Below, in pieces: positions 50,901-62,152 of a stretch of 64,000 nt of DNA. How positions within the stretch are numbered: position 1 is the stretch's first letter; each line of letters opens with the position of its first letter. The notes beneath the pieces are model-generated. The model made no database searches. It saw nothing but the letters and a program-made list of their open reading frames with translations, and had not been told where the DNA came from. The DNA comes from Glycera tridactyla (taxonomy: Eukaryota): assembly GCA_965644265.1 (NCBI GenBank), contig OZ286461.1:95046001-95110000 (forward strand), written 5' to 3'. The position numbers were made by a program, and so were the translations under genes.

Positions 50901-53900
50901 TCGTCGAAAGGGGACACATCTGTGTGTGTGTGTGTGCCCCAACAACCCACCCTTCCCCCACACACCAACCCCAACACCCCCAACCCTGGCCCATACCCAA
51001 CCCATTCCCAGCCCCTACCGAGCTGCATCCAGGAATTCATCAAGTGGGGCCAATTTTGGGCCAATTGGCCCCATTTATAGAAAAAATGGCACCAATCCTG
51101 AAAAATTGGGGCCAACGGAAAGACTGAATTTATAATGACGCAAAAATCATCACAGAACACATTTCTCCCGCCAAAAAGATGTCTAGGCTAATATTTGGTG
51201 ATCCTTCTCCAACCCGTCAATAGTTCCGAAATATCGCCGCTCACAACACGGGGTGGCGCTGTGAAAATTTGTTTCATTCGATGAATGTTTGCCATCTCAC
51301 GGATATTCAGCGAACTGTGCACTTTGAAGCCGTTTGAAACACGCACGCTGATTGGCTGAGATTGACCGGTTACGCTTCTACGAGCCAATCAGAATTGAGA
51401 AGACAAATCGCCGTCATCATTGCACCTTGAGCTTATGCTGCCGCAAGACTTATCGCCAGATTTTATCAGATTAAACATGACGAAATACAGGTTTGTGGCA
51501 CGCTTCGCTCTTTTGAATCGCGTAGATATTTCGATAAAAGCGTAGCAGTTGGCACACTATAGTCTTCGGATCACGCCAATATTTGTTTTCTCGCGTAAAT
51601 CCCGCCAAGGCGCGGCCTGGATGCAGCTCTGCCCTACCTTCCCAACCCCACCCCACCCTTCAACCACCCCCACCCCACCCATCTCCACCACCCCCCTCCC
51701 CACTCCCGGCCCTTACCCCACCCATCCTGGCCCCTCCCCACCACCGGAATCAAACCCCCACCAATCCCTCAATCTTCCCCTACGCTCCCCCCCCCCATGT
51801 GATCATGTGTACCAAGTTTTATGAAAATCCAGTTATGGATGGCAAAGTTATGGGCCGGACACCAATTGACCAATCAGAGGCCAACATCTGGCAGGAAATC
51901 ACTCAAGCGTGACAGTTCTTGCTCATGACATACCGTCTTTATTTGGTGATCATTTGTACCAAGTTTTATCAAAATCCACTTATGGATGGCAAAGTTATGG
52001 GCCGGACAAAAATTGACCAATCAGAGGCCACCATTCAGCAGGAAATCACTCAAACGTGATGGTTCTTGCTCATGACACATCGTCTTCATATGGTGATCAT
52101 GTGTACCAAGTTTTATGAAAATCCAGCTATGCGTCTTCATATGATGATCATGTGTACCAAGTCATATGAGAATCCAGTCATGGATGGCAAAGTTATGGGC
52201 CGAACACAAATTGACCAATCAGAAGCCACCATTTGGAGGGAAATCACTCAAGCGTGACGGTTCTTGATCATGACACATTGTCTTCATATGATCATGTGTA
52301 CCAAGTTTTGTGAAAATCCACTCATGGATGGCAAAGTTATGGGCCGGACACGAAAATGAGCGGACTCACACACACACTGACATCCTGACACACACACACA
52401 TGCACGGACAGGGTAAACACTATATGCCATCCGCCATGATATGGCGGACGCATAAAAACAGTTGGGCCGTCCATGGCGTATGTGCTTAGGACAGGACTTC
52501 ACCTAGCACAGGTTTTCACTCGAGCAGGTTTTACTGTATGAGAAAGTGAAATGAGGTCCATCTACCACTACTGTGCTTGAGGGAGCAAATAATCTGACAT
52601 GCATACTAGTGTATGTATGAGAAAGTGAACTTAGGTCCAGGTAGCAATCGGTGTATGGAACTGATCAGACTATTATGTAACACAGCCAAGAACAAAAGAG
52701 TCACCAGGAGAGCCTTCCCCAACAGTGAAAGGACAGCCAAGTGAATGTGTCTATTTCGGAGGGGTCTTACACAATCCAGACAGAGTTAATGAGTTCTGCT
52801 GTCTCAAAAAAATCCTAACTCACAAATGAAAAAGTCTTCTTTTACCTCAAAATCACCCAATTATATGGGATTGAATGTGGAAAATAATGCTACAGAGTTG
52901 TTGTCCAATTACTAATGCAAATGTATACCAAATTTCAAGATTGTAGGTGCGATATTAACCGAGTTAGGCCTCAGTGAAAAACTTGTACGCAAAACTTTAA
53001 CCAAAAAGTTTACGTTCTACGAAGTGATAGCCGGACAGACGGACAGACGGACAGTCGCAACCAAACAGACAGACCATCCGCATCATTACATAGACTCGCA
53101 TTTTGCTTCGCATGCGAGCCAAAAAGCAGGGGTGGGGGGGGGTCACTGAAAAATCGAAAGCGGGGGTGGGGGGTCTCTGAAAAATCGAAAGCGGGGGCCA
53201 TATTAGGGGAAAATTGGAAAGCAGGGCGATATTAGGGAATAATCGATAGGGGGTTGTGTGATGATCGGAGAATCAAAAAGCGGGGGAAAGGGCGACAATC
53301 AGTATTTTCGTGTTGAAATCCGACCTAAAACATGAAATCCGGCAACGATCAGTCAATATATTCCCGCCTGTTCGACCTGGCTCGTGTATGTTATGGACGC
53401 CGCCATCTTGGTTGCTGTTGTTACCAACTGTCAACATAGACAAACTGCATCAATTTTTTCGATAGGTACGCGAATAATGCGAGAAAATGTCTCGTAAATG
53501 GCAATTAAGTGACAGAAAAATACCAATCATAAGAAAATACGACGAATATCGATGAGCAGAAGTGGAAATTGTTTGGTATGCTGGTGGTCACGTCTGATGT
53601 GTATCACGGACGTTATCGGATTCAGCCCGCCATCTACAGGCGAAAGCCGGAGTTGTAGCCGCTTAACACGAGATGGCGGGTCAAATTATTTGGATCTGGC
53701 CCATCTACCGGCAAAACTCAGAGTTGTAGATACCAAACACGAGATGGCGTGACAAATTATTCGAGAAGCACGTGGTCGGCACGCACGCCGCCATCTTGGA
53801 TGCCAGTTCAATTCTGCCGCAAATTTTTTCATTAATCATGGATTCTTGGAGTAAAATACTGACATATTCCTGGTAATTCTTGGAAATTGCGATTGATTAT

Positions 53901-56900
53901 CAGAATAATATCAATCATCAAGAAATTCGACGTATTTGTCATCTGTCAGCCACGTTTATGGAAGCGGGGGGGGGGGGGCTTTCAAAACCGGGGGTGAGAA
54001 AATTAAAAAGCGGGGTTGGGGGAGGGTCAGAATAATCAAAAAGCGGGGGTGGGGGAGGTTCAAGAATTTTCCTGACCGCCCCCCCCCCACCCCTTCTTAA
54101 ATGGAATAGCCCTTATATTATTCATAGCATCGTGTGATGGAAATGTTTGATGAACATAAGAATGCTTAACATAAGTATACATGCATCTCAGAAATGAAGG
54201 GCTGATGAATGTGCAGACTGACAATGCAGAACAAGTTATAAGAGGAAGGCCACAAATAATGACACTTTTTGTCTTTCCATAAATTTAACTACAGTAGTAA
54301 AATTTGAGAAATCTGTTATATGTGTGTCATATTATCTCTTTTCTCAGCAGATGCGCTCACCGCAGGGCTGACCCTGAATGTGCTAACCAATTCTTATCTG
54401 ATTTCTAACCATTTAGTACCAACATGCACCACCAACTAAATGACAGTTATCCACTTGCTATAAAAGCAATGGAGGACCACAAGAAACAGGTGGTCACTTA
54501 CCTCGTCGGGCGCAAGGGTGGCAAATGGTGCAATATTGAGGATGAATGGTATGTGGGCCTGCTTCATCATATCGCTCGTGATGGGCACATTATACATGGT
54601 TGAACGGATGAATCGAGGACTGCATATACCTACAAGATGACAAGGGATTCTCGGTTGGCACCATCCATGTTCAGTGAGACAGCAATTGGATACAACCTCC
54701 ATCACTTACTTTGAGAAGTCACATCATCTCCAGTCAAATCATTTATAAATTTCCGGCAGGGCTCTAAGCTAAGGTCTGCTCTACTGGCACGACCAGGCAG
54801 ATTGGTAGATGGGACAGGAAATTTTACTAGACTGCCTGCCTAATGGACAGGTAGTTTTGAGTCAAGTATTGAGGCAGGTCAAAATGATGGGAAGGGCAGT
54901 TGAAGAAAGAATTCGAGGTATAGTCCTTTTTTGGCATAACACAAATCTTTCAACACTAGTGTTGGGAACAAGAATAAGCCAGAAGCAATATCAGTTGGTG
55001 CACACCACCACCTGAAGTATATGTAATGAAATTTCCCATCTATCTATGACATGAGTGACACTTGTTAGGGACAGAGCAGGAATCGCCTATTCATCTTTTT
55101 CCCTCAAACTACGATGAAATAACTCACCTTGGTCTTCTACTACAAAATCTGTAGTAACCAGTGGTGGTACCATTCCACGCTGACCAGTCTGATACGGACC
55201 TGAACGATTCTGTTTATCATCCTCTATCACTTGAATCTGAAATAAGACATGCATGAATGAAAGTCATAGCCTGGTGATTCACAACACAGTGGATGTATGA
55301 TCAAACTTGTTCTAAATAGGAGTATGTAGCAAATGATGAGACCCAAGTCAATTACTAACAGCAGCGTCTTCTACACAATAACTCAAATATAGTAACCATG
55401 ACCTTGTTGCAAGAACACCGTCATGGAAAAGTGACACAAGAGGATATGAGGTGTAAACCTCTGACCAGCAACTACTCTTATTGCCACAAATCAAGGGATA
55501 TTTGTCAGTAGTTCAATCAAAACAGTGGAATTTACTTGATCCATCAAAAGATACAACATTTAGGCCATCAACAATATCCAAAGAGAGCATTCTGAACAGC
55601 TTGACAGCTTTTTCATAAGACAGTTCACCCCTTCTGCAATTACAACAAAAGTATTTGTTCAAAGGGAGGAGAACTCACTAACAAAATGAATATGACACTG
55701 AAACCATTCAATTCATCATTAAAACAAACAAATGACTCACAGGATTTGGCATTTGATCAGGATCAAGGCGTCGGGGTGCTTGTGCTGCTGCTTGTCTGGG
55801 TTGTCCTGCGTAGCCAGCAGGCCCGGGTGGCGGTGGGTAGGGCGGACCTCCCGTTCCAGGACTAGGTGGTGGCTGTTGCTGGTTATACTGGTTTCCGGGC
55901 TGCATTGCACCCGGTCCTAGTTGCGGTGGGCCCACACCACCCGCCATATTTTGTTGAGGTGGCCCTACAGAGTTCATATGTGTTGTGCCCATGGGAGGTG
56001 GACCCGCCATGGAGTGCGGCGGCCCAGACATATAGTTCATCATGGGAGGACCTGCCATCGAACTGGGAGGCATAGGAGCCCCGCTCATGGGTGTTGGACC
56101 ACCAAGGGTATTCATAGTAGGTGGCGGACCAGCCATTGCATTTGGCTGCCCACCAATGGCTGGTGGTGGGGCACCTACGGAGTTAGGAAAACTGCCCATT
56201 GACGTTGGTGGCCCACCCATTGAACTTGGCGGCCCAGCCATCGAACCAGGTGGCCCACCAAATGGGGGACCCATTGATGGAGGCCCTATTGATGTTGGTG
56301 GGCCCATTGATGTTGGCGGGGGCCCCATTGATGTTGGCGGAGGTCCCATTGCAGATGGAGGCCCCATGGATGTTGGAGGTGCCATAGAGGTGGGAGGTCC
56401 CATAGAAGATGGAGGCCCCATCATTGGAGCATTCATCATGGGTGGTCTTGGTCCCCCCATGTATCCTGTGCCTTGACTCGTCGGTGGTGGCATCCCAGCC
56501 ATGCTCTGAAAACATACAGCGATGACAAATGTTAGTTTGAGGAATGTGATGCTTGTGCTTTTTTTGCTCATCCCGAAATCTATAGCAGTAACAGTCTTTG
56601 AAAAAGACATTATATCAGAATCACACAGCAATTTCATTCGATAAGATAATTTGATGGACAATCATTCATAAAGAGTTCCCTTGAAAAGATGTGTGCCCTC
56701 CAACCACAGCCACTCTGAAACTGATGTGACACTATTAGAGAATATACATGTATTCACAGCTATCACCTGCCTTGTAATTTTGATGAAAGAATCCTATTTT
56801 TCATTGGCACACTGGTCTAATGGGTCTTTTGCAAACACAACAAACTGTCCAGGGGGATCCTCATACTTATGGTGGTACTTACACTTGGTTGTGGGGGTCC

Positions 56901-59900
56901 AGACATATTCATCCCTGCCATCTGATTTGACATCTACAAAATAAAATCAGCATGGTCAAATTGTCAATCAACCAGACTTCTGTGGAAGCACTCATATCAT
57001 AGATGGACACATGTTCTTTGTTCTTGTCTATTATTTCTCTTAACATATTTGGCTGGTGAATACTGTTCTATGAAATCTGTAATCATATATGATCCACAAC
57101 TTCATCCTACAATTGCACCTGTGCTGAAAGGACAATTCTGTACAAAGAAAACCTTCCCACAAACACAACTCTGGTATGACCTCAGTGATTTGTCAGAGCC
57201 ATTGTTATGCCTGGGGTATGATGATTCTTTGTAGGTGGTGGCCTTCGCAGGAATGATGTTACTATTGCAATCACAGTGCGGTGATTCAGAATTATTTGGT
57301 GACACATTACAATACATCTTCCCTGACTAAGTAGCCACCTGTGACTGTCTTCAGCAACATCTGCCACAGCCACCAGTCTAACCTGTCCTAAGCAGCCACT
57401 TGAATTTCCCCTCCGATGTTTCCTCACTGTAGTTCACCTGGCCTAAGCAGCCACTTCTTGAATTCCCGAAAGGTGGCTGCTTGGAACAGGTAAACTTTTC
57501 CTTATGCTAGTGGTAGAACGATGATCGAATATAGTCGAAAGTAGGTTGGTTGCCGACCTGAATCAAGCGCCTACTCGCAAAAATCGGTAATCGACGAAAT
57601 CGGAACCACAGACCAGATCAGTCTAGAAACGCCATAATCGCAAAAATGTGCGAGAAAAAGGCGGTATTTGTTTATTAACTCGGCGCACCATCTTGAAGGG
57701 TGAAACTTGCGTGTTCGCAAACGAAAATGAGATGCGCAGTTCAGAGAAAATCCGTCAGATGGCGGAGTTTCAACGTATTTTAGCAGCACCGCATGGTGGC
57801 GATAGATGGAACTAGATGCGCAGAAGACGATTTCACGGGTGTACGGCTGCGCAGGATTAGTTTCGCGGAGGAAGCCAAGTTATCTACATCGGCGCGTAAG
57901 ATTGATACAACTGTTCAAATATACGTTTGTAATGGGTAGCAATGTGGCGAGAAACTGTAGTCGTTTTATACGTCGATAAATGATTTTTTCGGCGATCGTG
58001 TAGGGATTTGTTTCCTTGCTCAGATGAAATGCGATTCTGGATAGCACTTCTTCAAGTTCATCATCGTGATGTTGGGAATCGGTGACCAAGCGCTTGGTAG
58101 AGATCTTATGTACGTACAGCGACAAATTCGTGACCAGGGGATGAAATTCAGAGGTGTTTTGTTGCATTCAAGTTCAAGCTTGGTTGAGGCTTGATTAAGT
58201 AATCTTTTCCCTTATCGATTTTGACTGATGATCAGTTGGAAAGGCCCAACCGATGATCAATTGAGAACTTGAAAACCGATTTCTACCACTACCTTATGCC
58301 TTCAACAGTGAGTCTTTGCCTATCCCAAAGGTGGCAGGTTCAACTGTAGACCTTTATGTATCTTCATGCAAAAGTAAGCTCCATGACAGTTTTGACAGTA
58401 CAGGGTTCATACCTAAGCCGAACATGTATTGAATTCAAGGACTCTTCATTGAGACTGGAACTTTACAAGAGCAAATACAGGAGCTTCCAAAGGGTCTGTC
58501 CAGATTCAAGGAGTTTTCAAAACCTGTATGAGCCCTGATGTTGCTTTGCCATTCACAGCCTCTTACCTGATAGATACTGGTAGGTGCAGATCCTATCGGC
58601 GGCCCATTCATAGCGGGCTGGCTGATCGGTGGAGTCATCCCACCACCTGGTGGGGCCCCCGGCCCTGGTGGTCTCCCAAATTGATCTTGTGGTCCACCGA
58701 ATGGTGCTCCGCGCTGCGGTCCATTCATGGGTGGCGGTTGTACCATGCCTTGCTTGGCACCCATGTGGGGTGGTGGCACACCTCCATAGTTACCTGAAAT
58801 CAACAATTTCAACAATGTCACCAGGGATGGTAATAGAGTGAAACCTGCGAAGAGACCCCCGATGAGATCCCACCTCACGACAGGGACCTCTTTTCCTTTT
58901 CTATTTGACATAGTCAAATATACCTCCAAAGAGAGAACACCTCTTCTGAAAGACCCCTTTTTGGTGTCATTTAAGATGGTCCCCCATCACAGATTTGACT
59001 ATCACCCACAACTCTGATAGACTGGCTACCAAAATTTAGATCTGGCTCCTAGAGACTGTCTGATAAGTGCCATCCTGGCTCATAAAAATCCTAGCCCTGA
59101 ACAAGCACCAGCACCAAGGCAAAGGGTGACTTTTCATTACAAATGATGAAGAATTCATTGTCATGTAATGTCTGGATCTGTCCATTTCTTGCCCTATCAC
59201 AGTGAAACTTAACAAATCATTTGAGTTTCAATGACAGTCCATGAAGTTTTTACATATAGAGAGATAGTTTCAACTGATTTCAGAGAAATTCCTTTAATAC
59301 TCATAACAAAACCACTCCTCATAGTCACCAAAATGGGCCAAAGACGGCCATATTTGTTGTCTCGTTGGAACACCAAAAGAAATATATTTTGATGAATACC
59401 AGCTCCGTTTTCAAGGTGAACATGGTGACAGTGGACGAGGGGGGCCTAGACTATCAGGTTAAGTGTCATAAATATGCCATCAACCTACTCTCAATGCTGA
59501 AATTGCTTCTTTCTCCAAGCCAAAATGGTGTAATGATTCATGTCAAATTTGTTGCATCTCGAAGAAAGATGGTCTGATTGGCTCAGTTGATACAAACATG
59601 AGAATGGGCCCATTTTTCTACAGCTAATATATAGCAGCACTCAAAATTCAGCTGTATGTTGTGAAAAATGTCCATGTACTTAAACAAAATAAAATCCCAA
59701 ATGTGATGAATTCATTCACGCCATAAACATTATCTTTTGTATCAATCATGAAAAGTCATCAAATCCATCATAGGGCTCTACATTGGCCAAAATATTTAGG
59801 TGTTCATTGCATCTATTATCATTCTCTGCCTGTCCATCAGGCAGGTGAATTCAAAACCAACCTGCCCACTTTGGAAATCTACCTGCCTAGGTCAGGTGGA

Positions 59901-61069
59901 AAGCCATCTCTTGTTGCCCTGGTTGTCTTGTTCTTGGTGCACAGAACATAATTTTCTAGCCCTCAACATGGATTGATCATCTATAGACTCTTCCATCTGG
60001 GTCCATGAGAGGTATTATAGACTATGATCTGATGGATAATTCATTATTTCATCATTTTCCCCAGTGAATATGAAGAAGGAAAGAACAAATCCTGGATACT
60101 CTAGTTGACCCAAAGGGGCCATACTTAAGTTAGCGGTTGGTATGAGTGGGTCATGTTGACTGGCCTTGTTTGTACAGTCGAACCTCCTCTAAAGACCACC
60201 TCTCTATAAAGACCACCTCCCTATAAAGACCGCCCTGAACTGCGACCGTGGAAGTATTTTCAACAGTAAATGACCTCTCTATAAAGACCACCTCTCTATA
60301 AAGGCCACTTTTTTATGTGACCGAAGGCGGTCTTTATAGGGAGGTTCGACTGTACTTGGAATATAGCGAGTCAAGCCCTGCATGTCCGTTGACATTATCT
60401 CTGATCAGGTAATCATGACTTGAAACTGGACTATGGATCTGATAAAACATTTGTGTGTATCATAAGCACCTAAAGCATTGCCAACATGTTTGACTTTAAT
60501 AGTCAAGCTCAAGCATACCTTGCTAATGGACTATTCTGTGACATTATAATCCCCACACCGCAAAGGGGACTGTGATCATATAAAGAAGCTGCACACAGGA
60601 TTTTTTGTTCAGGAGCTGATTGGTGCCCTCTTCTATCAGATGCAGGTCAATAACTTTCGAAAATGGGTTGAATTTACAGCATGGTGAAGCACAAGGCACA
60701 AACAATTAGCAGTCCTATCCTACCAGACAGGTATTAGTCATTGAAAATATGATGGTTCCACTACATTGGTGGCCAGTGATGATGGGATGAAACTTTTACC
60801 TCTTTCACACCATTTGACATCAACACAAAATAGGGCCACTGCCTACTTGTCAAAGTCACCTAACGGGAGGCAAAAATTCACCTACCTGGTGGCATAGGTG
60901 GTCGTTGAGGGGGCATCGTTGTGCCGTTATGGAGTCCTTGACCTGGCGGTGGTGGTGGGCCAGCTCCCGGCCCCGGCGGACGTACACCCGGTGGCGGGCC
61001 GTATCCTGGCTGCCCCATCGGTGGCTGGCCATACTGCCCTGGGGCAGGATTCATGTAGGCTGGGTTCAT
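32773..61069 (-). CDS. SEC24C: Protein transport protein Sec24C/D-type (COPII cargo adaptor), 21 coding exons, ~1173 aa
   Basis: Exons (minus strand): 61069-60886, 58793-58567, 56933-56883, 56505-55741, 55236-55128, 54629-54502, 50595-50457, 49626-49511, 48786-48659, 48122-48044, 47086-46974, 46658-46448, 46094-45924, 45314-45072, 44689-44551, 43923-43729, 43310-43207, 42852-42768, 42180-42077, 41672-41583, 32913-32773. All introns are GT-AG, phases match, and the total is 3522 nt. Domains: Pro-rich N-terminus, zinc finger RCNRCKAY...CCFC, trunk, beta-barrel, helical ([13 protein letters not shown], with the LIL motif of the C/D subfamily) and gelsolin-like; ends HKEIRTLLS*. Confidence 0.96.
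37288..37368 (-). CDS. Candidate alternative last exon of Sec24 ([26 protein letters not shown])
   Basis: Phase-0 acceptor tctttcttatttgcag, tandem TAA TGA, AATAAA 40 nt downstream, weak similarity to the canonical last exon. Confidence 0.45.
   Translation of the reverse strand, partial: LHIVIRRTPIEREMVKLLVDGAPSRQ
37931..38090. mobile_element. Tc1/mariner-type MITE
   Basis: TA-cagtgaaacct ... aggttttactg-TA with internal gagaccacct motifs. Confidence 0.75.
39569..39731. mobile_element. Tc1/mariner-type MITE
   Basis: TA-cagtcgaacctg ... caggttcaattg-TA; same family as 60175-60352. Confidence 0.8.
39866..40747. mobile_element. PIF/Harbinger-like MITE (882 bp)
   Basis: TIRs gggctattccattta / taaatggaatagccc, TAA target duplication, repeated subterminal ccccgcttt motifs. 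Confidence 0.88.
41583..41672 (-). CDS. SEC24C: Sec24 penultimate exon ([12 protein letters not shown]...HMK)
   Basis: Conserved motif; phase 0-0. Confidence 0.94.
42077..42180 (-). CDS. SEC24C: Sec24 gelsolin-like exon ([11 protein letters not shown]...[11 protein letters not shown])
   Basis: Conserved motif; canonical splice sites. Confidence 0.95.
42768..42852 (-). CDS. SEC24C: Sec24 exon ([17 protein letters not shown])
   Basis: Conserved motif; canonical splice sites. Confidence 0.94.
43207..43310 (-). CDS. SEC24C: Sec24 exon (TDDRSF...FFYPRLIPL)
   Basis: Conserved motif; canonical splice sites. Confidence 0.95.
43729..43923 (-). CDS. SEC24C: Sec24 exon ([28 protein letters not shown])
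   Basis: Nearly identical to vertebrate SEC24C; canonical splice sites. Confidence 0.97.
44551..44689 (-). CDS. SEC24C: Sec24 exon ([13 protein letters not shown]...DTLINHMAK)
   Basis: Conserved motif; canonical splice sites. Confidence 0.96.
45072..45314 (-). CDS. SEC24C: Sec24 exon ([15 protein letters not shown]...KHDDKL)
   Basis: Conserved motif; canonical splice sites. Confidence 0.97.
45924..46094 (-). CDS. SEC24C: Sec24 exon ([15 protein letters not shown]...YKYTYFQ)
   Basis: Conserved motif; canonical splice sites. Confidence 0.97.
46448..46658 (-). CDS. SEC24C: Sec24 exon ([12 protein letters not shown]...[13 protein letters not shown])
   Basis: Conserved motif; canonical splice sites. 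Confidence 0.97.
46974..47086 (-). CDS. SEC24C: Sec24 exon ([23 protein letters not shown])
   Basis: Conserved motif; canonical splice sites. Confidence 0.96.
48044..48122 (-). CDS. SEC24C: Sec24 exon ([22 protein letters not shown])
   Basis: Conserved motif; phase 2 to 0. Confidence 0.95.
48659..48786 (-). CDS. SEC24C: Sec24 trunk exon ([20 protein letters not shown])
   Basis: Conserved motif; canonical splice sites. Confidence 0.96.
49511..49626 (-). CDS. SEC24C: Sec24 exon ([23 protein letters not shown])
   Basis: Conserved motif; canonical splice sites. Confidence 0.97.
50457..50595 (-). CDS. SEC24C: Sec24 zinc-finger exon ([30 protein letters not shown])
   Basis: Sec23/24 zinc finger; canonical splice sites. 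Confidence 0.97.
50861..53120. mobile_element. Non-autonomous Helentron-like (HINE-type) composite element
   Basis: Starts aacaag; inverted repeat ggctcgcatgc (50883) / gcatgcgagcc (53110); GACA/GACG microsatellite and 3' hairpin; inserted in an A-run without a TSD. Confidence 0.6.
51799..52340. repeat. 147-bp tandem repeat (~3.5 units) inside a HINE-like element
   Basis: (g/a)tgatcatgtgtaccaagtttt starts at 51799, 51946 and 52093, with further starts near 52144 and 52289. A hairpin-ended terminus (ccatccgccatgatatggcgga) follows near 52430-52460. Confidence 0.85.
54502..54629 (-). CDS. SEC24C: Sec24 exon ([14 protein letters not shown]...APDE)
   Basis: Conserved motif; canonical splice sites. 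Confidence 0.95.
55128..55236 (-). CDS. SEC24C: Sec24 exon (IQVIEDD...[14 protein letters not shown])
   Basis: Matches human SEC24C IQVIEDD...VPPLVTT; canonical splice sites. Confidence 0.95.
55741..56505 (-). CDS. SEC24C: Sec24 765-nt Pro/Met-rich exon ending [11 protein letters not shown]
   Basis: ttttcag / gtgagt; RRLDPDxMPxP is the conserved Sec24C/D motif. Confidence 0.92.
56883..56933 (-). CDS. SEC24C: Sec24 51-nt microexon ([17 protein letters not shown])
   Basis: tttgtag / gtaagt, phase 0-0, composition like the flanking exons. Confidence 0.75.
57500..58170. promoter_or_regulatory. CpG-rich unique intronic segment, candidate internal promoter
   Basis: Dense CG dinucleotides compared with the CpG-poor gene body; no TIR, tail or sister copy seen in this window. 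Confidence 0.4.
58567..58793 (-). CDS. SEC24C: Sec24 exon (GNYGGVPPP...TSIYQ)
   Basis: atttcag / gtaaga, phase 1 to 0. Confidence 0.85.
60175..60352. mobile_element. Tc1/mariner-type MITE (178 bp)
   Basis: Perfect TIR cagtcgaacctcc / ggaggttcgactg, TA TSD, internal gaccacctctctataaa repeats. Confidence 0.9.
60886..61069 (-). CDS. SEC24C: Sec24 first coding exon ([12 protein letters not shown]...)
   Basis: Acceptor tcag just before the ATG, donor gtagg, Pro/Gly-rich. A non-coding upstream exon is implied but was not located. Confidence 0.8.
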
Positions 61070-61164
61070 CACTGACCCAAACTAATCACAGCATCCCACT
61101 TCTGCAAAGAAATAGCGTACCTCATTTTCCTCATCCTTCTGTGTCAAATCTGATGACAATAATA

Positions 61165-61343
61165 CAGTAAAACCTGTCCTGGGAGACCCCTCTTTCGGGA
61201 GACCACTCTCTAATGGGAGACAGCTCTTTATCGGCTCTTCCCTATTTGACATAGTCAAATATTACCTCCAAAAAGAGACCACCTGTCTCGAGAGACCACT
61301 TTTGGTTGGTGTTTGGGGCGGTCTCCCAAGACAGGTTTTACTG
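61165..61343. mobile_element. Tc1/mariner-type MITE
   Basis: TA-cagtaaaacctgtc ... gacaggttttactg-TA. Confidence 0.85.
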
Positions 61344-61689
61344 TAAAGGTCCCCCACCCATGTGGGAGCTATTACAGTGAGCACCTCTGCTCCCTGAATA
61401 GAACTGCGCAGAATAAATGCGTTGGTTTTAATTATAAGGGGTCGACAATGTGCATGCAATTATGAAGTGTTCCAAGTACTTGGGCAGCCCAGCACTTGTC
61501 CAAGCCCAGGATAAATATGCCGGTGCACATATAAACAATGAGACAGATCAATAAGATTCAATTTGGTATGGATCAGAATTGGTTTTGAATACATGGGTTC
61601 TGCTCAGTGAGAATCTTCTCGCCTTGGTTGTGGAATATCAACATTTTATTGTGATATCGATTCCGACCTAATGAAATTCTTCACGGATC

Positions 61690-62080
61690 AAAATGAATCT
61701 GTTTTTCAGACATTTACAAGCCCTGTGGGCAGCCCAAATCCAGAGTAAACATGCCAGTGCACACCTAAACACTTCTAGAAAACTTTCATGTGGATTAAGG
61801 CAGCAGTTCTGGAGAAGAGTTCTGCAAAATCTTGATGGAAGGGTATGCCATCCTGAAGTTTTTCAGACATTTCAATTGACCCGTGGGCAGCCCAAATCCA
61901 TATAATAAAAGTGCCAATGCACACCTACACATCAAGACGATTCTAGGAAACTTGATTTTGTGTGAGTGCAGCGGTTCCAGAGATACAGGTTCCGCAAAGT
62001 TGGTGTGCACGGAAGGATGGACGATGGACAGGCACAGACTATTTCATAGTCACCCGTTTGGTGTACCGGCGAGGGACAAT
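61690..62080. mobile_element. HINE-like fragment
   Basis: Internal repeat ccc(t)gtgggcagcccaaatcc occurs twice; GACG/GGAC tract and a terminal hairpin-like segment. Confidence 0.4.
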
Positions 62081-62152
62081 AGAAGTGAAACAGAATTGAT
62101 AGCGTCTTTTGACTACAAATATTGCAGAATTAAGATGGAATGTGCCAAAAAA

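Larger units (their letters stand above)
50806..54112. mobile_element. Second copy of the Harbinger MITE (opposite orientation), split by a ~2.26-kb nested insertion
   Basis: TTA-gggatattccatta at 50803 and taaatggaatagccc-TTA ending at 54115. Segments 50806-50860 and 53121-54112 join into the reverse complement of 39866-40747. Confidence 0.85.

Noticed and set aside
56042-56476. Plus-strand GGP-repeat ORF
   Set aside because: It is the antisense shadow of the Pro-rich Sec24 exon.
57571-58167. Two in-frame minus-strand ORFs (95 and 72 aa) separated by one TAA
   Set aside because: No recognisable domain and no strong in-phase donor; GC-rich islands often have long stop-poor frames. Kept only as part of the promoter hypothesis.
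60175-60352. CRISPR-like spaced repeats (gaccacctctctataaa)
   Set aside because: They are internal repeats of a TA-flanked MITE; the context is eukaryotic, the spacing irregular, and no cas genes are present.
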